This document shows, in pieces, positions 29,612-37,299 of a stretch of 64,000 bases of DNA; within the stretch, counting starts at the first letter, position 1, and each line of letters opens with the position of its first letter. The translations under genes were made by a program, and so were the position numbers. This DNA is from Candidatus Bathyarchaeia archaeon (GTDB taxonomy: Archaea; Thermoproteota; Bathyarchaeia; Bathyarchaeales; Bathycorpusculaceae): the NCBI GenBank assembly GCA_049512935.1, contig JBEKWR010000008.1, forward strand, positions 28,329 through 92,328, given 5' to 3'. The notes under the pieces are model-generated. The model saw only the letters and a program-made list of their open reading frames with translations, had not been told where the DNA came from and did no database searches.

Positions 29612-30505
29612 ATGAAGAAAACATTAGCTTTCGCGATCGCTCTGTGTCTTTTGGCAGGATTAATAGTTCCAGCCTTGCGTACTGTTTCCGCACAAGAAAT
29701 ACAACAGGGACCGCCCACTTCCGATGAGTGGTCTCCATTCTTTACATTCACCCTATCAAATGGCGTAACTATTTACTGGTACAATAATCCGCCATTCAAC
29801 CTGCAAGCAAATCAACCATTCAAGCTAAACTTAACTGCAATCGCCAACACTTCTCCAGAGGGAAGAGCCGTAGGCGTTCTACAAGTTTCATACACGGCAA
29901 GTTGGATACCAACTTCTTCAACTTCTCCAATAACCATTTACCGTTGGAGTGGAAACCCAGCTGAACTCAGCCAATGGTTTGGAAATGGACCGCCAGGTTC
30001 TGTGACAAAAAGCTTGGTTTGGACGGACATCCCAGCAGGACATCAATACATTAACTTTACAGTCACGAAAGTTGCGTTGTATTGGGGCGGAGTGTTCGGT
30101 TATGCTACTTTGGCAAGCAGTGAAGCGTTGAATTTCACTGTTGGGGCTCCCCCAACGATATCGATGGAATCTCCCAATAATCAAACGTTCTACTGGAGAA
30201 GTGTTCCGCTGCATTTTGGAGTTGACGGCGCTTACGCTATCCTGAATTACAGCCTCGACAACCACGCCAACGCAACAATTACTGGAAACACAACTCTGAC
30301 AAACCTGTCGGATGGACGCCACAGCATTGTTGTTTATGCCAGTGACACCGTGGGAAACACGGTGGCTTCGAAAACCTTTTACTTCACAATTGTAGACCCC
30401 TTGTACCCGGTTTCGGTTGCAGTAATCGTAGTTTTAATTGTGGCAGTCATCGCAATTGCCATTTATAGGAAAAGAAAGTCGAAGACAAAAACAATACTTC
30501 ATTAA
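29612..30505 (+). CDS. Secreted surface protein with Ig-like domain and C-terminal TM anchor
   Basis: Signal peptide, PPTI...SP.N, YSLD..N..ITGNTTLTNLSDGRHSIVVYASD, then TM and basic tail. Confidence 0.75.
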   Translation: MKKTLAFAIALCLLAGLIVPALRTVSAQEIQQGPPTSDEWSPFFTFTLSNGVTIYWYNNPPFNLQANQPFKLNLTAIANTSPEGRAVGVLQVSYTASWIPTSSTSPITIYRWSGNPAELSQWFGNGPPGSVTKSLVWTDIPAGHQYINFTVTKVALYWGGVFGYATLASSEALNFTVGAPPTISMESPNNQTFYWRSVPLHFGVDGAYAILNYSLDNHANATITGNTTLTNLSDGRHSIVVYASDTVGNTVASKTFYFTIVDPLYPVSVAVIVVLIVAVIAIAIYRKRKSKTKTILH

Positions 30506-30678
30506 GCTTAATTTAAGCCATGAGCCGAAAAATCAACCCAAAGTTGCGTCGAACGAGAGCCATCTTCCTTGGTACTTTATGTCTGAAGTGCTGGAGTCGC
30601 ATAAACTTTTGGAATATTCCAAAACTGTAGAGTAAAAACCATACCTTCCCAGCTTTCCCCAGCCCCACACAGCAAAAG

Positions 30679-30706
30679 AATCAAGCCCCAAACCAAAAAA
30701 GCAACC
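30679..30706 (+). repeat. Partial third copy of the dispersed element (central spacer only)
   Basis: aatcaagccccaaaccaaaaaagcaacc is 28/28 identical to the reverse complement of 33862-33889. Confidence 0.8.
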
Positions 30707-30858
30707 CAAAACAAACCCTGACGAAAACCCGTCTACCGAGGGAGGGGGTCTAGTATTTACATCAAAATTCCATCACAAATATGGAGTCAAAAAGAAAACA
30801 ACAAGGTTACATCATGCACAGGAAAAACGAACAAAAAGAAAAACTGAAGAAGCCGATT

Positions 30859-31725
30859 TTACGCGGCTTTCGGCTTGGCTTTGTCGACTGCGCTGCTGAG
30901 GCTGGTCATTTCCGCGTTCGCTTTCCTTATCAGGTCGCCGATCGTGTCTTTGGTGGGGATTGCGCCTGCGACGGCTAATGCGACGGCTTTCATGTGAGCC
31001 TGCTGCAGAAGCGGCTTAATCGTGTCCTTAGACGGGTAGCTGATGCCCAATGCCAAAGCGAAGGCTTCCTGATGGCTTTGCTCAACGCTCCGCCTAGTCG
31101 CGTCAACGTCAACCTTAAGCTGATCGCCAACTATGATCAACCCTTCATCGAAGACCACACGCATCGAAATGCCAAGCTCAACGGCTTTAATGTTCAGTTT
31201 CGAGAGGACACCTGCAAGGCGCTCGTTGATCTCTTCACCCTTACGAACCACCAGCGTGTCCTTGCTCACCCAGACGCTGCCCGACTCGATGCGCGTAGGC
31301 AACCCGACGGAGTTCAACTGGCTGATGATGGGACCCGGAGGCTGACCCGTGTTGCCTGCTGGAACAACCACGTCCATCGCGGCTGTGTCACCCGCTTTCG
31401 CGGTCGTCTTGACTTTGCCCCTGTCCAGAAGCAACGCAAGCTTGAACGGGTTCAAGTCGGTGAAAAAGTAAACGTTCGACCCTTCCAAGTACTCCACAAG
31501 CTTGTTAAGGTCTTTCTTGTTCATTTCTTCGATAGCCAGCTTCATCAAAGTGTTCTTCAAAACCCGCAGGTAAACCTTGCCATGCATCGTTTTCTTAAGT
31601 TCCTGAAGCTGCGAAGCACGAACCTTCTGCAGGCTAGCGATGCCGATGGACTTGTACCCTTTAAGTATGTCCTTTATCGCATCAACCTCGCCTGACTTTT
31701 CCTCTAACACTTGTTGGGACGGCAT
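30859..31725 (-). CDS. rplP0: 50S ribosomal protein L10/P0 (uL10)
   Basis: LRVLKNTLMKLA, NPFKL..AKAGD.A..DVVVPAGNTG.PPGP; operon context. Confidence 0.95.
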   Translation of the reverse strand: MPSQQVLEEKSGEVDAIKDILKGYKSIGIASLQKVRASQLQELKKTMHGKVYLRVLKNTLMKLAIEEMNKKDLNKLVEYLEGSNVYFFTDLNPFKLALLLDRGKVKTTAKAGDTAAMDVVVPAGNTGQPPGPIISQLNSVGLPTRIESGSVWVSKDTLVVRKGEEINERLAGVLSKLNIKAVELGISMRVVFDEGLIIVGDQLKVDVDATRRSVEQSHQEAFALALGISYPSKDTIKPLLQQAHMKAVALAVAGAIPTKDTIGDLIRKANAEMTSLSSAVDKAKPKAA

Positions 31726-31740
31726 AATTTCTCAAACTCA

Positions 31741-32391
31741 TTAAGGTTTAATCTTAACCGGCTCACCCATAGACGTCTTGATGAAAGCGTACTTCACGTT
31801 CTTCAAACCACGCTTAAGCTTCCCATCCAAAACACGAAGAACCACCATAGTGTTATCAACAAGATCTTCATCCTTCATCTGCTCTGAGCCAACCGAAACC
31901 TGAATAATCGGCTGATTACGCAACCGAACAACCACCGTTTTACGGTGCTTATTAATTAAAGCTGCAATGTCAGCGTTAGGCGGAACAGGAATAGGCATCT
32001 TTCCCCTCGGACCCAAAACAGGACCAAGAATCCTACCTACAAGCGGCATCAAGGGCGCTTCCGAAATGAAAACGTCATAGTCTGCCGCCAGCTTGCGCAG
32101 ATCCTTCTTCTTGCCGTTCAACGCGTCCAAATCGGCACGTTCAACAACGAAGTCTGCATTAGCGTTTTTAGCTTTAAGCGCAAACTCTCCAGAAGCAATA
32201 ACACAGATACGGTTCGGCTTACCAGTGTCATGAGGAAGCTCAACAATCTCCTGAATTTTGCCTTCCGGCGACTTCATATCGATCTCCGTAATGTCAAGAA
32301 TCAGATCTACTGTCTGGTTGAACTTTTTCTCGCCAGACTTCGTCTTCGCCTGTTTAATCGCTTCCAATATCGTCTTGTTGTCTAGGGGCAT
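31741..32391 (-). CDS. rpl1: 50S ribosomal protein L1
   Basis: KFNQTVDL, LGPVLGPRGKMP and KTSMG motifs. Confidence 0.95.
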   Translation of the reverse strand: MPLDNKTILEAIKQAKTKSGEKKFNQTVDLILDITEIDMKSPEGKIQEIVELPHDTGKPNRICVIASGEFALKAKNANADFVVERADLDALNGKKKDLRKLAADYDVFISEAPLMPLVGRILGPVLGPRGKMPIPVPPNADIAALINKHRKTVVVRLRNQPIIQVSVGSEQMKDEDLVDNTMVVLRVLDGKLKRGLKNVKYAFIKTSMGEPVKIKP

Positions 32392-32449
32392 TTTTAAGCC
32401 TCGCGCCAATGAGGGAACGGAAACCCATTATAAAAATATTCGCCTATCA

Positions 32450-32938
32450 TTATTCGCTACCAAACAGCTGTTCATAAATTCCAGCATCAATATCTTTCTG
32501 CACTTCTCGCGGGTCCTTGCCTTCAACCGTGACGCCTAAACTGACGCATGTCCCAAGCATCTCCTTCGTCGCCTTCTTTAGCGTCGGCGCCAAAAGTTCA
32601 GGACGCTTAATCTTCGCTATCCGCACCATCTGCTCCATAGACAAGTCGCCTACCTTGACGGTGTTAGGCGTTCCCGAGCCCTTCTCCACCTTCAACTCCG
32701 CAACGATCAACGCTGAAGCTGTTGGAGTTCCAACGGAAACATCAAAGCTTTTGTCTTCGGTGTCAACGCTGATTTTCACCGGAACCTTCATTCCAGCGTA
32801 GTCTTTGGTAAGCTCGTTAATTTTAGTGACGACAGCCGTGACGTTCATGCCTAATGGACCGAGAGCGGGACCTAAAGGTGGACCTGCATTGGCTTGTCCG
32901 CCACTTACGAGCAATTCAACAATTTTCTTTTCGCCCAT
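32450..32938 (-). CDS. rpl11: 50S ribosomal protein L11
   Basis: GQANAGPPLGPALGPLG and GTCVSLGV motifs. Confidence 0.96.
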   Translation of the reverse strand: MGEKKIVELLVSGGQANAGPPLGPALGPLGMNVTAVVTKINELTKDYAGMKVPVKISVDTEDKSFDVSVGTPTASALIVAELKVEKGSGTPNTVKVGDLSMEQMVRIAKIKRPELLAPTLKKATKEMLGTCVSLGVTVEGKDPREVQKDIDAGIYEQLFGSE

Positions 32939-32955
32939 TTTTTGTTTTTCACCTG

Positions 32956-33429
32956 TTATGCTTTTGCTTTTTCGACTAGTTTTACGTAGTCTGAGTGTAC
33001 CGTGATTGGCAAAGTGAATGTTGCCTCAAGCAGTTCAAGGGTGACTTCGCCTTTTGCCTTGTCGAGCCTTGTGATTTTGGCGCGCATGCCCTTGAACGGT
33101 CCGCCTGTGATTTCAACCACGTCGTCTTCGTTGAGGTCTTCCATGACGGGTTTGCGGACGATGTAGCGTTCTATCTCGGCGAAGCTTACAAGTCCAGGGA
33201 TTCTTGAGCGCACGTGCCTTAAGCCTGAGATGGCTTCTTCCACCAAATGCGGTCCGTCAGCTTCGACGAACACGTATCCTTTGAGTGTGTCTGGCACGAG
33301 AAGAGACTTGATGGGAATGTGGTTCATTTCAACCTTTGAGGCGATTAGGCGGGCTACGTTTCTTTCTTGCCCAGTGGTTGTTTTGACCACGAAAATTTTG
33401 GTTTCCATCTGCTCTTCTTTCTTTTCCAT
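32956..33429 (-). CDS. spt5: Transcription elongation factor Spt5/NusG
   Basis: VKTTTGQERNVA, KGYVFVEA, KOW VEITGGPFKG. Confidence 0.95.
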   Translation of the reverse strand: MEKKEEQMETKIFVVKTTTGQERNVARLIASKVEMNHIPIKSLLVPDTLKGYVFVEADGPHLVEEAISGLRHVRSRIPGLVSFAEIERYIVRKPVMEDLNEDDVVEITGGPFKGMRAKITRLDKAKGEVTLELLEATFTLPITVHSDYVKLVEKAKA

Positions 33430-33445
33430 AAATTGTGTTCCCTTT

Positions 33446-33637
33446 TTAGGTTGTCGATGAAGATGCAGCTGAGCTTCCTAGAGCCCAGGATAAGAGTTTG
33501 ATTACGTAGCCGATTACGCCGATTATGCCTATGCCGAGGAGGCTGATTTTTATGGAAAGCCAGAGTTCTTCTCGTCCGGGTTTTATGGCTAGCTTTAAGG
33601 TTCTTCCTGCTTGCTGTAACCAAGATTGTATGCCCAT
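33446..33637 (-). CDS. secE: Protein translocase SecE/Sec61-gamma
   Basis: LKLAIKPGREE followed by TM GIGIIGVIGYVI; upstream of spt5. Confidence 0.92.
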   Translation of the reverse strand: MGIQSWLQQAGRTLKLAIKPGREELWLSIKISLLGIGIIGVIGYVIKLLSWALGSSAASSSTT

Positions 33638-33778
33638 ACTTATCGCACCTTCAACATTTCATTATTCAATAATAAACGTTGCTGTGACTAGGGTTAAAAA
33701 GCAGGTTTCCAAGACTTTTAAAGTTTCCTAAGAAAAGGTTCGCGTTCGGTTGGTTGCCTCTTTTTTTGGGTTTTTCCG

Positions 33779-34044
33779 TGCTGGTTTTTTCTAGATATTT
33801 TTAAGTTGCGACTTTTGCTACGGGAAAGTTGCGACTTTCCGCCGTGGCGCTTTGCGTTTCTGGTTGCTTTTTTGGTTTGGGGCTTGATTTTTGTTGCGGG
33901 TTGCGACTTTTGTATGGGCGGGTTGCGACTTTCCATGTTGACTCCATGTTGACGGCATTGTCAGTTATTGTCGGTTATGGGCGGGTTGGGTTTCGGGCGG
34001 GTTGGGTTTCGGGCGGGTTCGGTTTCGCTTGGATTTGGTTTTCT
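33779..34044 (-). repeat. Dispersed non-coding element with 4 AAAGTCGCAAC boxes, copy 2 (inverted)
   Basis: GTTGCGACTTT at 33805, 33828, 33900 and 33922; same spacing as copy 1. Confidence 0.92.
33979..34026 (+). repeat. 3 x 16-bp tandem repeat GGGCGGGTT(G/C)GGTTTC
   Basis: Units at 33979, 33995 and 34011. Confidence 0.9.
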
Positions 34045-34295
34045 GATTGGGAAGGTTTAGGTCTTCTTTTTGGGTTGCACTTTTTCTTGGTGTCTGGCGG
34101 TGGCGCCTCAAACCGGGAAGAATCGAGCATCAAACGGAAAGCTGAGCCGCCCCAGAACACTACATCAAAATCAAACTAAGACCCCCCAACTAACCTAAAC
34201 ATTACAGGTTTAACAGCCGACAAACTTGCCGAGGCTTTTGAACGGAAAAAATGGGCAACTAAAGAACACTAGCCCCCTAAACCCCTTCTCGACAA

Positions 34296-34362
34296 TCAGC
34301 ACGGATAGAGCACCAGTCTCCCAAGCTGAAAGTCGTGGGTTCAAATCCCACCGGACCCGCCA
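34296..34362 (+). pseudogene. 5'-truncated tRNA-Arg-like gene (anticodon now CCC)
   Basis: TCAGCACGGATAGAGC-A-CCAGT CTCCCAA GCTGA-AAGTC-GTGGG TTCAAAT CCCAC-CGGACCC-GCCA. D, anticodon and T arms and the 3' acceptor are present; the 5' acceptor strand is absent. Confidence 0.8.
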
Positions 34363-34513
34363 CCCACAGGGTACATTTATACTGCAAACAAAATTTTCCC
34401 TTTTTTCTTTTTTTGATTTGTTTAGTTCCAACTCAGTTTTTCAGACTTTTTTGAAAATATTATCTCTTTCACTAATCCTAATGGAGGCTTTGTTTTGACT
34501 CGTGTGAGGAACA

Positions 34514-34635
34514 ATGCCTGCAGGGAAAGCCGCGAAACAGTCATAGAAGACGCGGAGCTATGCAAGGCATTGGACCAAGCTAATGCTATTGATAAAAAGT
34601 ACTTCTGGTTGCGAGCTCTTGCAACAATTATTTAA
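34514..34635 (+). pseudogene. Possible N-terminal remnant of a tyrosine recombinase
   Basis: MPAGK, then a frameshift, then RETVIEDAELCKALDQANAIDKKYFWLRALATII*. Lies 150 bp from a tRNA remnant. Family resemblance is from recall only. Confidence 0.35.
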
Positions 34636-34696
34636 TTTGCCCGCGCGCGTGGCGTAACGACAGAATGTTGTAAAGTGATGCGTGTTTTGGTCGAGA

Positions 34697-35287
34697 TCAT
34701 GCTGAGTATACTGCTATTGGTCCCCACATGTTGAAAGTGTTTGCATCTTGGGAAACTTGGCTACAGTAGGCGTAGGTCAGTGATGGGTACTGGTTGACAT
34801 CATCCGGAGTGATTGTAAAAGTCACTGTTCCACTGGATCCTGGCTGAATTGGGTCGGCGTCGGTGCCTATTTGGGCGCCGAATTGGACGAAGGTGGTTGA
34901 AATAGGCTTTAGGGGAGTAAGCGCACCGTTAGTTACGATTGGCGCCCATTGGGCTCCTATAATTGCCCAGTTGTGGGGCTTTGTTCCTATGTTGTAGACG
35001 GTCACTGTGTAAGCCTGGTCTTGTGCCAGTGATAGTTGTGGCCCTGGAGATGTTAAGTTGGTGGCGCTGGTTCCGAACCCATATGTTGTCGCGTTTATTT
35101 CGCCTTCGTAAAGTGTAATATGTATCGGTGGGGTATCAGAAAGAAGATTTGTTTTTGGATTAGTGCTTGGTCTTTTTTGTGTGGCAAAAAGGAAGACGGC
35201 GGCGAAAAGAATTATACCTATGCAAATAATCGCTATTGCATACAATCTAAGTCGAGTCGACTTGCTTGGTGATTTGTCTTGAGTCAT
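34697..35287 (-). CDS. Membrane-anchored cupredoxin-fold (sulfocyanin-like) protein with atypical ligands
   Basis: TM anchor, SPGPQL, N.G..PHNWAI, IQPGSSGTVTF and YAYCSQVSQDA..MWG. Confidence 0.65.
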   Translation of the reverse strand: MTQDKSPSKSTRLRLYAIAIICIGIILFAAVFLFATQKRPSTNPKTNLLSDTPPIHITLYEGEINATTYGFGTSATNLTSPGPQLSLAQDQAYTVTVYNIGTKPHNWAIIGAQWAPIVTNGALTPLKPISTTFVQFGAQIGTDADPIQPGSSGTVTFTITPDDVNQYPSLTYAYCSQVSQDANTFNMWGPIAVYSA

Positions 35288-35866
35288 GCTTTCAACCTAA
35301 AAAGCTTCATACGAATTTTTATGATAACTAAAATATAAACTTTTACAATTTTTGTGCAGCTTTCAGGAGTCTTCGACGAGAATCTAATGTTGGCGATATT
35401 TTGCGCGGGAGTTGTGTTGATCGTAATTTCATGTTGCTTTTTCGCCTAAACACTAAGAGGTCATTATTTGTTTCATGCTAAGGAAAGGAATTTCGGTGGG
35501 AAATAATGCGAAAGCTTGGGGCGATGCATAACTGGGGAAGATACTGATTGCTAGTGTGCTTTAGTTTCTAGGCTTCAACAAGTAAGCTTTGCGTCTTTGT
35601 TTGGGAAGGAAGTTTTCGGCTTATGAAGCGTTTTTCAGGTTTCAGTAAAGAGTTACGTATCCGTTTTGTTCATTGAAGAGCTTTCAGGAAAATCCTGATA
35701 GTAGATGGACCATATATCCACGAAGATTGAGGTGGGGTCAAAAATTAAGATTATATTCCATTTGGTCACTGAGGTTGATCTGGATTTTACTTAAGTGTTG
35801 TGACATAAACCTTTTAAGAAGGCGGCTCTCATAACTGAAGCAAAAAGTTAGGAGAATTTATTTTCA

Positions 35867-36388
35867 ATGACCCTTAGGCAGAAAGTGTTCACGCTCATTT
35901 TGATCGTTGTTTTGATTGTTGCTTTTGCGGTTTTTTTTGTCAATGAATACTTCAACTATGCTAAAATCGATTATTATTTATCTGGAACCACTTATGTGGT
36001 TGCTGGCGGAGTGCTTCAGGTTAATTTGTATCTCTATAATACAGGAAGCGTGAATGTTATGCCGACTTTTAGGGTGAGGGTGGTTAATGCTACTATTCAG
36101 AGCGTTTCGATTCCATCCATTATGACTAGCAACTTTTCTGATTTTTGCTGGTTCAATGGCACAACTGCCCTTATAGAGAATATTACTGCTTCTGCTAAGG
36201 CGAACTCTGCCCTTTGGGCAATTGTTTATCTTGCGCCAAGCAGTAACGTCTCTTCGTTTAGCGTATTCTCCAATGCCACAATACCGTTTGATGTTTTGCA
36301 TATTAGAAGCGTAATCACAGCGACTCCATCGAATGAGGTTTCCTACCGTTTGACTTCTTCGAGCCGTTTCATGCAGTCAGTGACTTAG
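35867..36388 (+). CDS. Membrane-anchored hypothetical protein (beta-rich)
   Basis: N-terminal TM followed by a Ser/Thr/Asn-rich domain with YNTG. Confidence 0.6.
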   Translation: MTLRQKVFTLILIVVLIVAFAVFFVNEYFNYAKIDYYLSGTTYVVAGGVLQVNLYLYNTGSVNVMPTFRVRVVNATIQSVSIPSIMTSNFSDFCWFNGTTALIENITASAKANSALWAIVYLAPSSNVSSFSVFSNATIPFDVLHIRSVITATPSNEVSYRLTSSSRFMQSVT

Positions 36389-37299
36389 GTCCCTTTTTTT
36401 CTAAATGAAAACTGAAAGTCAAGTTGATGGACTAATTAATCTTTCAAGTTTTGGTTATAGAGAGGGGGAGTGACTTTGGAGGCTTTTTGTTATTTTTTGC
36501 CCTTTTTGTCCGGCGGATTGCCGTATAGCGGTTCGTAATTCCCCTGACTTAGCACAGTTTTTGATACTGTCTTGCTATGTTTGTGAATCTCCGGAGAGAC
36601 CGACAGAATAGTTATAGATTGGTTATAGCAAATTTAATTATGGTTAAATTAAAAGAGGTGCCAAAAAACTCCGTCAGTTAGTTTTTGCCTTTTTCAGACT
36701 GTGTATTTCAGTGGTCTTCTCAATGTTGGAAAGGACAGTTAAAGGTTTTTTGTGTATATTTAGCTTATAACGGCTTTTTCTAAGAAATTTACTCTATAGT
36801 TTATTGGCATGTGTCAATTTAAGCGATTCTAATAGCTATTTGACATAAATTTCATGCATGCATAGGCAAGAACATACATACTTTTTTCAATTTTTATCTG
36901 GAATACTTCGTTCATGTTTATTGTAGGGCATTCTAAGCGGTTTGCATCCTAAACATAAAACTTCGCATCAACGAGTTTTGCAAGCTATTTTTTTAGGCAA
37001 TGCTTTTTCCGCGCGCGCTCACACATCTCTGAAAATAAAATGACGTTCCTTAGGAATAGGCTCAGTCCTATCATAGTACCCTTTTCGCAATAACGAGGAA
37101 TTCAATTTCCATCTTTTTCTCTTCCAAAAACAACTTTGTTTTGTCTCAAGCCTTTACCAAAACTATGGCTTCCTTATCTATAGTTGAATCCGGGCTAACG
37201 CTTGCCTGCTTGTGACTGCTAGGGCACTACAACAAAAGGTTATAAAAGAACTCTTTTGAAGATGATACTAAGGAGAACTATAAAGGAGAACTATGAATC

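Noticed and set aside
30994-31695. 233-aa + strand ORF
   Set aside because: Antisense to rplP0 with no recognisable motifs; the many short ORFs inside the helicase, mgtA and ArsB-like genes were rejected likewise.
34296-34362. Functional tRNA-Gly(CCC)
   Set aside because: No 5' acceptor strand, a mismatch in the anticodon stem, and an Arg-type body; ORFs 34210-34431 and 34226-34498 are tRNA shadows.
34640-37017. CCGCGCGCG occurring twice in the island
   Set aside because: Too short and low-complexity to support a claim.
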